A DNA stretch of 63,365 nucleotides, filler included, from a bacterium (GTDB lineage: Bacteria > JADJOY01), in assembly GCA_046331705.1 (NCBI GenBank). It is 3 parts of 3 records of this genome, joined end to end, with 100 filler letters (N's around TTAATTAATTAA, not from the genome) between each part and the next. Parts side by side here need not be neighbours in the genome. Positions count along the whole stretch, not along the records: positions 1 to 25,357 come from JAXLQJ010000078.1; 2 more parts are not named here. One strand, given 5' to 3'. The notes below the pieces were generated by a model that saw nothing but the letters and a program-made list of their open reading frames with translations, was not told the origin of the DNA and searched no databases. The position numbers and the translations under genes are program-made. Positions 10,456 to 23,723 of this stretch are shown in pieces (the first letter of the stretch is position 1; every line of letters begins with the position of its first letter).

Positions 10456-11163
10456 TCAGGACATCGCGGCAAGCACGACGATGGTCCCGGCAAGAAGCAC
10501 GTTCACCGGGAGGACGAGCACGTCGATGATGGGGGATGCGATCAGCCAGCCCCATCGTTCGGGAGAACTGTAAGGGGTCTCGTTGGGTAGCTCGGCGGCG
10601 GCGAGCTCATCGCCGTGACCATCGAGCGCCACGATCGCGGTTCGCCTCGGCTCGAACTCGCGAACGCGCGCGCGGAGAATCACGAGCCCCTCGGCATTCT
10701 CCGTCCGGTGGGTCTCCGGCGTCGCGAAACGCAGGTGCAGCGTGCAGGTTTGAAGCTCGACAGCCTGCGCTGGTGGAAGTCGCTCGGGGCGGTCCGCTCC
10801 GCGCTCGAGTGCGATTGCGGTGGAGATCGGGACAGGTACGGCGAACTGGCCTCGACGGGTGACCACGTACCCGGGCACCCAGAGCATGGCGTCGAAGGCG
10901 GGTGGGCGCCGGTAGGCCGCCGTCCACTCGATGATCGGACTCTGGCCCGCTGTCGATTGCGACACCGCGATGCCGCATACCGGATTGGAGCTGGCTAGCT
11001 CGTGCGCGAGCGCGAATCGTCGTGCCGCAGGGCGGTGGTTGCGCGAGTGCAAGACACGTGATTTTTCCGGATGAGCTGGCGTCGCGCGGTGAACCCCCTG
11101 GCAGAGGGGTTCCGGGGCGGCGATGGGGTGACCGCTTGCGTGGGGCGACTCAAGGCGAGACAT
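10456..11163 (-). CDS. Hypothetical protein with C-terminal hydrophobic segment (start uncertain)
   Basis: Fills the gap; C-terminus WLIASPIIDVLVLPVNVLLAGTIVVLAAMS looks like a TM segment; N-terminal part is doubtful. Confidence 0.35.
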   Translation of the reverse strand: MSRLESPHASGHPIAAPEPLCQGVHRATPAHPEKSRVLHSRNHRPAARRFALAHELASSNPVCGIAVSQSTAGQSPIIEWTAAYRRPPAFDAMLWVPGYVVTRRGQFAVPVPISTAIALERGADRPERLPPAQAVELQTCTLHLRFATPETHRTENAEGLVILRARVREFEPRRTAIVALDGHGDELAAAELPNETPYSSPERWGWLIASPIIDVLVLPVNVLLAGTIVVLAAMS

Positions 11164-11356
11164 CGTGACCGATCGCGCGTCTCGACGGTAGTCTCGGTGC
11201 GCGCGGTGCTCGGGAAGCTACGCCGTCAGGACAGGCGCGCGTGATCCGGTGTACGTTCTGGCGTTCGACCTGCGCGAGTGGACGAGGCGGCGCGGGCCGA
11301 GGGGCTGATCCCGATCGCGTCGTGAGCGCGCTGGCGCAGGTTCGTCGAGGAGGATC

Positions 11357-12562
11357 ATGAGCAAGGTCGTCGTGTTGGGCGGATGCGGCGCGGTGGGCAA
11401 CGTGGCGGTCAAGACGCTGGCGATGCGGACGCGTTCACGCAGGTGGTGATCGGCGACGTGAACGAGGCGCGCGCTCGCGAGATCCAGGCGCAGGTCGGCA
11501 ACGGCAAGGTGAGCTTCGCCACCGTGGATGCGGGCGACCAGGCGAGTGCTCGAAGCTGATCGCCGACGCGGACTACGTCCTCAACTGCGTAGGCCTTCTA
11601 CAAGACCGGCGGGCAATTGCTCGCGGCGGTGCTCGCGGCGAAGAAGCCCTACGTCGACATCTCGACGACGACGTCGACGTGACGCTCGACATCCTCCGTC
11701 GGCGACAGGGCCAAGCGCGCGGGGTCACGGCGGTGATCGGCATGGGGGCGTCGCCTGGCGCCGCGAGCCTGGCCAGCAGTACATCGCCGACAATCAGCTC
11801 GACGAGACGGACTCAGTCGACATCTATCCTGCCATGGCGGCGAGCCGATCGAGGAGCCCGGCGTCATCGGGCACCGCTTCCACTGCATGAGCATCGACAT
11901 CCCGATGTTCCTCGACGGCAAGCTCACCTGCGGCAAGTACTTCGGCCCGACGGGATCGCGCTGCGCGAGACTTCGATTTCCCGAATCTGGGCCCGGTTCC
12001 GGTGTTTCCGTATCCGCATCCCGAGCAGGTGACGCTGCCGCGCTTCCCTGAAGGTGCGCCAGGTGACCAACAAGGGCTGGTGATCCCGATCGAGTACTAC
12101 AACCTCACCGGCGAGATGTGTCGGCTCGGAGCTTTCCAGCCGCGAGCCGATCGACGTCAACGGCCAGCGCGTCACGCCCTACGATTTCGCGGTCGCGTGC
12201 TGATCGCGACGCGAGCGCATTCTCCGCGAGACCCGCTTCGGTACGCGCGGGTGCGCCTGACGGTGGTGGTGAAGGGGCGGAAGTCCAGGCCGATCGAGGT
12301 GCGCGTGCACATCTTCTCGGGGTCGAGCGCGCTGGGCGAGGCACGGGCGTCCCGGCGGCGATCGGCGTCATGTTGCTGGCCGACGGCAAGGTCACCACTC
12401 ATGGCGTGAAGCCGCCGGAGGGCTGCATCGACCCCAACGATTTCCTCGCGGTCGCGATGCCGGTGATGATGGCGCGCGCTGGCGGCAAGGCTGAAGCGCG
12501 AGGCGTCGATCGTGTTCGAGACCATCCGGGCCGACAGCTCGGTCTCGAAGATGGAGCTCTGA
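11357..12562 (+). pseudogene. Saccharopine dehydrogenase-family oxidoreductase, multiply frameshifted (probably sequencing indels)
   Basis: SD GAGGAGG, then MSKVVVLGGCGAVG (Rossmann); NCVGP, YVDI, VIGMGASPG, YPHPEQVTLP, GVKPPEGCIDP in alternating frames. Confidence 0.8.
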
Positions 12563-12593
12563 CCGCGCGTGCGACCGTGACCGCGAGGCTCGT

Positions 12594-14206
12594 TTGACGC
12601 CAGCCATCCCGAGCAACGACGCCGCCGAGGCGCGCGACGATCGCTGCGTCCTCGCGATCGACCACGGCACCTCGGGCATCAAGGCCGCACTGGTCTCGGC
12701 CCGCGGCGAGATTCTCGACTTCCGACTACGAATCGACCCCGATCCACTTTCTCCCCGGGGTGGGGCCGAGCAAGACCCGGAGGATTGGTGGCGAGCGTTG
12801 GTGACCGCGGCGCGGCGGCTCGTCGCGCGGCGCTCGATCGCCCGACCGGATCGGTGCCGTGTGCGTGTCGAGCACGTTCTCGAGGGCACCGTGGCGGTCG
12901 ACGCCGATGGCAAGCACCTCATGCCGAGGCGCTGACCTGGATGGACTCACGCGGCGCGCGTCGTGCGGCAGGTCGTCGGCGGCTTTCCGAGCGTCACCGG
13001 CTACAACGTCCCGCGTGCCATCCGCTGGATCCGCAAGACGGCCGGAGCGCCGGCGCTCTCGGGCAAGGACGACGCCGCGCATGCGCTGCTGGTCAAGAAC
13101 GAGTATCCGGAGATCTACGCCAAGACACGCTGGCTACACCGCGGCAAGGACTACCTGAACGCTCGGCTCACGGGCGTCATGGCGTCGTCGCCCATGATGC
13201 ACCTCTTCTGGGTCACGGACGCGCGCGATCCAGCGAGGATCGTGTACGACGATCGGCTCATCGGGCTGCTCGGGATCGATCGCGACAAGCTGCCGCCGCT
13301 CATCCCCGCGACGCAGGTGGTGGGGCTCGTGTTGCCGGAGGTCGCCGACACGCTGGGTCTCGCGCGCTCGACGCCGGTGGTGAGCGGATCCGCCGATCAT
13401 CAATGCGCGCTCATCGGCTCAGGCGCGGTGCGTGACTTCGAGGGCCACCTCTACATCGGCACGTCGTCCTGGATCGAGTGCGCGGTGCCGAACAGAAGAC
13501 CGACGTGATCCACTCGATCGCGTCGTTTCCCGCGGCCATTCCGGCAAGTATCAATGCTTGAACGAGCAGGACCTGGCCGGTGGGGCGCTTTGCGTTCCTG
13601 GCCGAGAACATCCTGTTCCGGCGCAGCCACGCTCACGGGCATCCCCACGCCGAGCGATCCCTACGCGCTGGTGAACGAGATCGCCAGCACGGTGCCAGCG
13701 GGCAGTCACCAGGTCATCTTCACGCCCTGGCTCAACGGCGAGCGCACGCGGTCGACGACATCCACGTGCGCGGCAGCTTCCACAACCTCTCGACCACCAC
13801 GACGCTCGAGGACATGGTGCGCGCGGTGCTCGAGGGTGTCGCGTACAACACGCGCTGGGCCTCGGCTACGTCGAGAAGTTCGTGGGGCGACCGCTACAGC
13901 CGTTGCAGTTGATCGGCGGCGGCGCCATGTCGCCGCCCTGTGGTGCCAGATCTTCGCGGACGTGCTCGATCGCGAGATCCCCTGGTAGCGAGATCCGCGC
14001 CAGGCGAATACCCGGGGCGCGGCATTCCTCGCTTCGATCGGGCTCGGCTGGATCCGCTTCGAAGACACATCCCCGGGCTGGTACCTTCGACGCGACGATT
14101 TCCGACGAATCCGCCACCCGTGCGCTCTACGACGAGCTCTTCGACGTCTTCGTGCGCGGTTCTATGGCCGCACCCGCCCGCTCTACCACCGGCTGAATCG
14201 AACTGA
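12594..14206 (+). pseudogene. FGGY-family carbohydrate kinase (xylulokinase-like), frameshifted
   Basis: LAIDHGTSGIKA, AEQDPEDWW, TWMDSRG, KDYLNARLTG, GSADHQCA, YIGTSSW, FTPWLNGER, RAVLEGVAYN, IGGGA in shifting frames. Confidence 0.85.
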
Positions 14207-14210
14207 ATCG

Positions 14211-15471
14211 GTGTCGACGTCGGACGACCGCTCGCGTCACGCGCGCCCGCGCGGCTTCCGCGACTCGCGTGGGTGGATGTCGTCAAGGGCTCTCCATCCT
14301 GGATCTGTGCTTCATCTGGTTCTGGAGGGCGCGGCGCACGGGCGCCGTCGATCCGCTCGCGGCCGGTTACCTGGGGCAGCTCGGTGCTTCGTGCGCGGAT
14401 GCGGCGGGTGTCTTCAGGCTCGCGCGAGTCGCGTGCTGGGGGCGCGGCCTGCTCGCGGTACTCGTATTGCTCGGCTTCCACGCCGTGGGCGTGGTCTTGG
14501 TGGTGGCGGGATTCGGTCTCGCGCGAGGCGCTCAGCGACGAAGCCCTGGGCCACCAGGCGGGCTGGGCTGGTGGTATCGCCGGCGGCTGCTTCGGCTCTT
14601 TCCTTCTATTGGGTCGCGCACGCGGCTCGACGGCAGCGGCGTTCGCGCGCCCGCACGAAGCGATCGATCTGCGCTTGCTCGTGAGCCTCACGGGGCTGCG
14701 CATCTGGCCCATCGAGACCATCCACCACTACCTCAATCCGGCGTGGTGGTACCTGACGCTCTTGATCGAGCTCTATCTGGTCTTTCCCGCGCTGTGGTGG
14801 CTGGCGCGGCGGCTCAGTCCCACCGGGCTGGTCGTGTTCGGCGTGCTCGGCACCGCCGCGGTGCGCGCGGCGCGCTCTTCGCCGGCTGGGCGATCAGCGG
14901 CCACTGGGCAGAGGTGCGCTCTTCGCGGGGCGGATGGCGGAGTTCACGTTCGGCATTGGCGCTCGGGATCGCCACCGTCGGGACGGGCTGGCGGTCGAGG
15001 CGCGCCTCTTCCGTTGGCCGGTGGTGGTCGCCGGGATTGCTCGCCCACCAGGTCGGGATCGTGAGCTATCGATCGACGGCCGGCTATTGCTTCACCAACG
15101 CGCTGGTGGGAATCGGGCTCTTCGTCGTGCGGTGAACCTGGCGCGATGGCTCGGCCTCGTCGCTCGACGATGCTTCGCGTTCCTCGGCAGTACTCGTACG
15201 GGATCTATCTCTTGCACCTGCCGTTCGTGATGTACGCGGGTGGGCGGATGCGCGCGCTTCCGACCGGTACGTTCGTGCTCGCGGCGAGTGGCGTGGTCGC
15301 GCTGGTGGTGGCGGGATCGGTCGCGGTCGAGCACGCGGTCGAGCGTTCGACCGATCGATGGCTCGGTGGAGTCGCGAGCGCCGTGGACGCTCGAATTGAC
15401 TTCGGGCTTGGACCTACCTTGGCGAGCCACGTCGCGATCAGCCGCGACGCGGGCCGAGGGGAGGAGCGATC

Positions 15472-15475
<4 letters not shown>
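14211..15475 (+). pseudogene. Acyltransferase family 3 (OafA-like) membrane protein, frameshifted
   Basis: RLAWVDVVKG, NPAWWYLTLLIELYLVFPALW and YSYGIYLLHLP motifs; many TM segments. Confidence 0.75.
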
Positions 15476-16177
<702 letters not shown>

Positions 16178-16189
16178 GGCGCGCCAGGC

Positions 16190-16822
16190 GGCTGCGGCGC
16201 GGCCGTCGTTGGCGGCGCGCACGGCCACGGGCCCGAACTTGGCGGGGACCTTGGCCATCGAGCCCTGGTAGATCTCGGCGAGCATCTTCATGTCGGCGTC
16301 GATGTCGCCGCTCGGCGTGGCGGCAGCACCGTGCCGATCTTGCGGCCGTAGTCGAGGACCGATGGCACGATCGGAACGCCAGCAGGCGCGATGTAATGAA
16401 GCCGCTCTTCCAGTAGTCGATCCGCTTGCTTGCGGACCCTCGGGGGGCACGGCGAGCACCAGCTCGTCGGTCTTGGCGAAGGCCTCGCCATCTGATCCAC
16501 CATGTTCTGGGGCGAGCGCCGATTGATCCGGCAGCGCTCCGAGCTTGCGGAGGAGACCAGCCGAACGCACCCCTTCACGATCGTGTCCTTCACCATCCAG
16601 CTCAGCTTCATGTCGAGGACGAACGACATGGCCAGCATGAAGAACGCGTCCCAGTTCGAGGTATGGAGCGCGCAGATGAGCACGTATTTTCTCGACCGGC
16701 GGACGGCGTCCGGCGACGCGGAAGCCGAAGGCCCGCGGCCAGAGTCGCCCGATGTTGCGCGCGATGGGGCCATGCGCTTGGCGGTGTGGGGGTGGTTCTG
16801 GCCGGATGGGATGGACAGTCAT
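16190..16822 (-). pseudogene. Lysophospholipid acyltransferase (PlsC family), frameshifted; 3' end approximate
   Basis: KYVLIC..HTSNWD (HxxxxD), PEG, GVPIV..LDYGRK, GDIDADM. Confidence 0.8.
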
Positions 16823-17137
16823 GTCACCGCCTTGGATGGGGGCTCATCGGGACCGTGACTCACGATTGCTCTCGATTGTCAGCGTTCTGTCAGCGCCCGG
16901 GCACGATTCACCAGTACCTGCGCGGACGGCACCGCCCCGAGCACCGCCCCGACACCCTCGGCGACCCGCCGCCGGGTTTTCGGGATGCGCGGGACTGCCA
17001 GAGGTGCCGCTGGCGCGGGGAACGCGCGGAAATCGACGGAGCTCGCGCCGTCTGGGACCCAGCGCCAGCCCGCGTCGCGGGCGCACGCTCGCCGAGTCTT
17101 GACAGCGGCGGTGATCGCCACGATCGTCTGCGCGCCC

Positions 17138-18690
17138 ATGAGCGCGCGCTCGCACCGCCTCGGCGGCCTCGTCGTCCCGCGTGTCTCGTCGCGCTCGCGC
17201 TCGGCGCGGGTTGCGCACGCTGGCACGCGCTCTGGGCTGAGGGGACGAGGTGTGCGAGCTGAAACTTGAGGTCGAAGGCGGTCACGCCGAGCCCGCGCTT
17301 CTCGAGATCGTCGAAGCACCCCGGAAGAAGGCGTGGGAAGCCGCTCACGGCGGTCAGCTGGCCGCGCGGCCGTTCGTTCGCGCGCGCATGAACGGTTGGC
17401 CCTCCCAGCTCCACGTGGACGGCGCGACGTTGCCAGTCGTGACCAGGCGTTGCGCGACGGGCGGCGGCGGATACCTGGCGCGGCCTCGACGCACTCGATC
17501 GCGAGAACGGTCTGCCCGTGGACCACGTCCACCTGGACGGCGCGGCAGCGGGGCGCGGTTGGCGGCGTGGTCGGCGACTACGCCAACGTCACCAACGTGG
17601 GTCTTCGCATGCTCTCGATCGTGGCCGCGGAGGAGCTGGGGCTCGTCGACGAGCCCGGTGCCTCGAAGCGGCTCTCGCCTCTTCCACACCCTCGACGCCC
17701 TGGAGCGCGATCACGGGTTCTTCTTCAACTACTACGACACCACGTCGCTGGAGCGAACCAGCAATCTGCTCTCGTTCGTCGATTCGTCGTGGCTCATCGC
17801 CGGGCTGGTGGTGGTGCGGAACCGCCATCGGCGACCTGACGCTCGCGCCACCCGCGCTGATCGACGCGACGGACTACCCAGTTCTTCTACGATCGGAAGC
17901 TCGGGCGCATGACGCACGGCTACTTCGTTCAGCGCGCCCAGCGCTCGCGCTACTACGGCGTGCTCTGCGCGGGTCTCGTCTCGGCAGCCTCATCGCCATC
18001 GGCCGCGGCCGAGCCCCTGCGGAGCACTGGTACCGGATGATCCGCACGCTTCCACGAGAGCTGCGGCTGGCAGTCGCAGCCGCCGCGCGGCGCCGCGAGA
18101 AGACCGACGTCGACACCGCTACTTCGGCGGTTGGTACGAGTGGGGCGGCGTGCGGTACGTGCCCTCGTGGGGCGGCAGCATGTTCGAGGCGCTCATGCCG
18201 ACGCTGGTCGTGGATTGAGCCACGGCTCTTCCCGGCGAGCCTGGGCGCCAACGACGCCGCGCACGTCGAGGTGCAGCGACGCTTCGCCTCCGAGCAGCTC
18301 GGCTATCCGGTCTGGGGGATGTCGCCGAGCAGCAAGCCCGGCACGTTGCGGAGGCGCAGCGAGTACGGCGTGAAGCCCCTCGGCGCGATCGGCTACGGCG
18401 TGGGCGCGGTGACTACGGCGGCGCTCGCGGTGGCGGTCGACCCCGAGCGCGCGCTCACGAACCTGCAAGCGCTGGCCGCGCACTACCCGGTCTACGAGTG
18501 GGGTTCTTCGACGCGGTCGATCCCACCACCGGCGCGGTCGCGACCACCTACCTCACGCTCGACCAAGCGATGATCTTCGTGGCTCTCATGAACGCCTCGC
18601 CGATCCGCGCATCCAGCGGCTCTTCGAATCCGATCCGATCGTGGCGGGAGCTGCCCACGATCGCCGCCGGCACCGCTTCTTCGACTGGAG
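17138..18690 (+). pseudogene. DUF3131 / putative-glucoamylase (beta-1,2-glucan-active GH144/GH189-like) lipoprotein, frameshifted; end approximate
   Basis: Lipobox-like LGAGC; YANVTNVG, HGFFFNYYD, FVDSSWL, VPSWGGSMFEALMP, YPVWGMSPS, GFFDAVDP, YLTLDQAM. Confidence 0.75.
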
Positions 18691-18707
18691 TCGCACGCAG
18701 GAGCGCA

Positions 18708-19823
18708 GTGGCCACGCTCGGCGCTCAAGAGCACCTCGACAAGACGTATTCCACGGGACGCCAGGCGCTCGTGGACGTCTGCCTCACCGTCGCGGACGGT
18801 GAGCTCTTGTGGTCGGGCCCTCGGGCTGCGGCGAGTCGACGGCGCTCCGGGTGATCGCGGGCCTCGAGACGGCGACGGGCGGGCACGTGCGGATCGACGA
18901 CCGGATCGTCGACCGCGAGTCGCCGCAGGCTACCAACGTGGCGATGGTGTTCCAGGACTACGCGCTCTACCCGCGCGGCCGCGCGGGAACCTCGGCTTTC
19001 CGCTGCAGATGCGGCGCATGCCGAGGACGAGATCGGCAGGCGCGTGAGCGCGATCGCGCGCGCTCGAGATCGAGCCGTGACCAGGCGGCTGCCCAAGCAG
19101 CTCTCCGGTGAGCGGCAGCGGACGGCGATGGGGCGCGCTGGTGCGTGAGCCATCGGTGTCGCTCCTCGACGAGCCACTCTCCAACCTGGATGCGCGACTG
19201 CGCGTGCAAGTGCGCGCCGAGATCAAGTCACTCCAGCGTCGCATGCGCACCACGATGGTCTACGTCACCCACGATCAGGTGGAGGCGATGACGCTCGGCG
19301 ATCGGGTGGCCGTGCTGGAGCGGGGGCGGTTGCAGCAGGTGGCCACTCCGCGCGAGCTCTACGCGGCGCCGGCGAATGCGTTCGTCGCCGGTTTCATCGG
19401 CAACCCGCCCATGAACCTGTTCGCGACTACGCTCGAGGCGAGCGCGGATGGGCTCGCGATCGTGCTCGGCGGCGAGCGATTGCGTCTGCCGCCGCCGCTC
19501 GCAGGGGACGAGGCGCTGCGGGCGGCGCTGGGCGCGAGCGTGATCGCCGGCATTCGGCCGGAGGACGTGCGCGTGACGGAGGGCGAGGGCCTGGCGGCGA
19601 CGGTCGAGCACGTCGAGAATCTCGGGCACGAGACCTTGGTCACGCGACGCTGGTGGCGGCGAACGGCTCTGCCCAGGGCTGCGCCTGATCGCGGCACGCT
19701 CCGGGCATGCGCGCGACCTCGTCGCGGGCGCGTCTGCGCGGCTCGCGCTCGATTCGTCGCGGATCCATCTCTTCGCACGCGACGGCGGCGCGCATCGCGC
19801 ACATCGCGCGCCTCACGAGCTGA
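18708..19823 (+). pseudogene. Sugar ABC transporter ATP-binding protein (MalK/UgpC family), frameshifted
   Basis: VGPSGCG, NVAMVFQDYALYP, QLSG, LLDEPLSNLDARLR, YVTHDQVEAMTLGDR, GIRPED. Confidence 0.9.
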
Positions 19824-20097
19824 GCGCGCTCGGCAAGTCGCGAGGCGTCTTGCCGCTCGAGGGCCCGGGCGCCACGCTCGCGACGCGAGACGTGGGGCCG
19901 CCAGTGCGCATCGAAACGCGGGAAACGGCTGGCGTGCGCGGGCGCGTCGGTCCGGCGTTCACCGGCTGCCCGCCGGATCTCGGACGGCGGCGGCTCGCCA
20001 CGCGGATCGGCAACACGAGCGGCAACGTGCGCGTGGCGTCGGTTTCGACAGCCCCAGGCGTTGGTCCCGCTGTCCCACCGGTGTCGGGGAAGACGGC

Positions 20098-21570
20098 ATG
20101 GCGATCGGAGGACCGGCGCTCGAGGGCCCGTGGGCGGCGTCGAAGGGCGCGACGCGCTGCCCGGGCGTGGCGCGCGAATCGACGAGCTCGCCGCAGGCCT
20201 CGTGCTCTCCTCGGTGGCTCCGTGAGCCTCGCCGGCGGCGCTCGCGTCGAAGCGCTGCGGCTACTGGCACGCCGGCTGCTCGCTGGCGCGGCCGTGGCTC
20301 GATCGGCCCATCGGCCGGTTCGTGGACGCCTGCTTCGGCCTCGAGGGGTCTGCTGGCGACTCCCATCTGCGTGCAGCTCGTGATCTCGTACTGGGGCACG
20401 CTCGCCGGTGTGCTGTTCGCGGCGGCGGCGATCGGCGCGATCCGACGCGGCCGGCGGCGCTGGTGGCGCTGGGTTCGTATGGGGTCTTGGCGCTCTACGC
20501 GGTGCCGGCGTACTCGCCGATCTTGCAGGCACCGCGTCGCAGCGGAAGGCTCGCGGTCGAGACGCTCTCGTCGCGCCGCGGCGCCCACGGCATCGCGCTG
20601 GGCGACGACGGCACGGTGATCGTCACCCATGGTCATACGCCCCCACGAGGCCCGCGGCCTGGCGGGTCATCCGCCCCGACGGTCGCTCGTTCTTCACGCC
20701 GACGGCGAGCTCGCACGTGATCGCTGCGACCGGGCTGCCCGGCGGCGCGGCGATCGCACACGAGTGGGAAGAGATCGACGAATCGGTGAGCAGGAGTCCA
20801 GTCGCGCACCTACATCCTCGACCCCGGCGACGAGCACGTGGAGCGTGCGCGACGAGCAGGCCGCCGTATTACCGGTCGTTCCACTTTCCGGGGCTCGGGC
20901 TCTTCCTGCATCCAACTTCGCCCGCGCCACGAGCACGACAAGGGGATCGAGCAGACGACCCCGGAGCGGTTCCTGGCGGGTGAGCCGCCGCTGCCAACAG
21001 CGCGTGCCGATCGAGGGGCTCGGGCTGGCGCGGCACCCGACGCGTCCGGTGATCTACGGCCGCGGCGAGGCTTCGTCGCGTTCGATCATCGAGCTCGACG
21101 TGCGTTACGGCACGTTGCGCTACGGCGACGGCATCCACATCTGGCATTGGGGGATCGCGACGGCCGGCCCCCTCGGGCAGGTGTGCTCACGAACTCCTTC
21201 GCCAATCAGCTCTTCTCGATCGACGATCGGACGCTCGAAGGTGAAGGCGGTGACGCCGATTCTCCGGATGCCGCGGCCGGTGACCTATCTGCCGACCGCC
21301 GGGCTCGCGGCCGTCGGCGCCTACATGAGCCGGCGCATCTCGTTCCTGGCCGAACCCGGACGCCACGTGGACCAGGTCGCGACGTTGCCCACCTGTCAGA
21401 AGGTGCACGCGCTGATCTTCGACGAGCCGAGCGCCTACCTCTATTTCTGGCTTCTGCAGCGCCTATCGGGTTCGGATTCCGCCCGGTCGGTGGTGAGAAC
21501 CTGGAGGCGCGCGAAGCGGCGTCGCACGCGCCGGGCTGGTCGTCCCGGGCGCGTGGCGGCGTGGGCGTGA
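20098..21570 (+). pseudogene. Hypothetical membrane-anchored beta-propeller-like protein, frameshifted; boundaries approximate
   Basis: TM fragments, then blade-like pieces (HGIALGDDGTVIVT, HWGIAT, MPRPVTYLPTAGLAAVG, VHALIFDEPSAYLYF). Confidence 0.4.
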
Positions 21571-21689
21571 CTCGCTGCGCCGCCGCGCGGCGTGCAGGGG
21601 CTGGAAAGCGTGTCGCGCTCGTCGGTCAGGTCCACATCGGTCCAACGCGCGACGCCTTCATCTAGAATCCGAGCGCCGCGCGGCGGTCG

Positions 21690-23711
21690 AGCTGGGAAGG
21701 GCGGCTGCGCCGGAGTGGTCGCGGGGATCTTCGTCGTGGTCGCGACGACAGGTGTGGGCGCTTCTCTCGTTCGCGAGCCGCCGCCGTGGGTGCAGTTGGC
21801 GTTCAGCTCGCCCACGGCGCCCTGGGCGTGGCGCTGTTGCCGACAGGTGGAATGCTGCACGTCCTCGTCCACGTGGTGGAGGTCTTCGGCCCCAGCGTTC
21901 ACGCAGCGCGCGCAGGCTGCCGTGAAGTTCGCCGGTCGGCCTGGTGCTGATCGTGGAGCTGTTCGCTTATCCTGGCGAGGCCGGCATCATCACCGCCGAG
22001 CAGCGCGCCGCCGCGAACTTGCAATCGGGTGATCGCGCTGCTCCTCGGCACGGCGATCGTGCTCGCCGTTCGCCGCTGCGGCGTAGGGTGAGAGCGTCGA
22101 CGGCGACAGGACTCTTGCTGGTGGCGCTCGGGGTGATGGCTGGCCCTGGCGAGGCCTCCTCACGGTCGGCGGCATCGCGGCCAACGGGCTCTGGTACATC
22201 CACGTCATCGGCGGGGTTGGTGCTCGCGCTGGTGGATTGCACGTCGCGCTGGGATGCGCCGCCGGCGCGTCAGGCGAGTCCGCCGGGCGTGTGTTCGCGT
22301 GGCGCGCGCCGCTCGTCCGCGTGGCCGCGCCGGTGGCGGCGCTGGCGCTCGCGCTCGTGGCCTCGTTCGTGCTGTCGGCAGTCGCGCGTGATCGAACAAC
22401 TCGTCGCGGTCGACGCGCTGGTCAACGCGAGGAGGACTTCGCCGCCATCGTTCCGGACGCGTGTGACGGCTGCCACATCTCGGTCTCGGAGACGTGGCGC
22501 GTCTCGACATGCGTACGCGGCGCGGAATCCGCTCTTCACGGGCATGGTGCACGTCGCCTCGCCGCCCGCGCGCAGCGGTGCGGCGGTGGTCGAATGCCTG
22601 CAATGCCATGCGCCGCGCAGCCGATCATGCAGGTGGGAGTCCAGGCGGCGATCGCGAGCGGTACGCCGCCGGCGTGCATTGCGTGAGCTGTCATCGCAGG
22701 GTCGCGAGCGCGAGACGGTCCGCTGCCGATCGTCCACGCCGCTTTCCGGCGCGGGCCGCCGCTTCCTGAGCGAGCTCTCGGGTTCCTTTCCGCCTTCCTC
22801 GGGGGCACGTCGAGGTCCCGAGCGTGCTGGTCTCGAGCCGCATCGGACAGCGCGCCGCGAGTTCCGCGCGGCGCTGGCGGCGCCGGTGAGCTTGCCGTCC
22901 GTGTCATTTCCAGACGCTCGGCGAGGTGACCGGGGGCCCGTCTCGACGTGGTCAGGACCAATACGGGCTGGGAGAACGCGGCTGGTGCCCTCGACCGCGC
23001 GAGCTGCCAGCGCTGCCACATGCGCGCTTCTACGCGTTCGAGGGCTACGTGGTCCTCGACATCGATTCCTGGGCGGCAGCACCTACGTCGCTCGCATCGC
23101 CGGCGGCGAAGCGGCCGGAGCGGACGTGGTCGCCCACCTGAAGGGCAACCTGCCGATACCCGCACAGGGCGCGGTCTCGAGCCGCCCGCGGCGGCGCTGC
23201 GCCGGTGCGCCTGTCCGCCACGCTCGCGACCCGCCAGGGCCAGCCGATCGTGCGGATCGAGACGCGCGCCACCGAGCGGGTCGGTCATGCGTTCGCCGAG
23301 GGCCCGAACGATCTCACCCAGACCTGGCTCGCGATCCGCGTCCGCGCTGCCGATGGGCGCGAGCTCGTGAATCGCGGCTTCGACGGTCCCGAGGACGGCG
23401 TTCGACTGGGAAAGCGCCTGTGGGACGCCGAAGGCATGGCGATCACCGATCACCGCCTGTGGGCCGTGGCGCGCGTGGAGCGGCTGGGCGAGATCCCCGC
23501 GCGAAACGCACGCGTGGACGAGATCGTGCTGCCCGCCGCGGCGGCGAGCGGACCGCTGCGCGTCGAGCTCGCCTGGAACCATCGCCGCCACGATCCCGCG
23601 CTGCTGCGCGCAGTCAGCGGCGAGGAGCCGAGCGGAGTCCCGGTGGTGACGGTTGCGACGCTGGTCGGCGACCTCGCCGAAGGCGTGGTGCTCTCGTCCG
23701 CGCCACCGTGA
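21690..23711 (+). pseudogene. Membrane-anchored multiheme c-type cytochrome (5 CxxCH), frameshifted; start approximate
   Basis: CDGCH 22462-76, CLQCH 22595-609, CVSCH 22680-94, CRPCH 22893-907, CQRCH(M) 23005-19; then HRFLGG and VGHAFAEG motifs; His-containing TM fragments upstream. Confidence 0.75.
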
Positions 23712-23723
23712 CCGTCGCGCGGA

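Noticed and set aside
11091-11112. GAACCCC/GGGGTTC hairpin as a terminator or riboswitch
   Set aside because: Short, no U-tract, not downstream of a clear gene end, and no recognisable aptamer.
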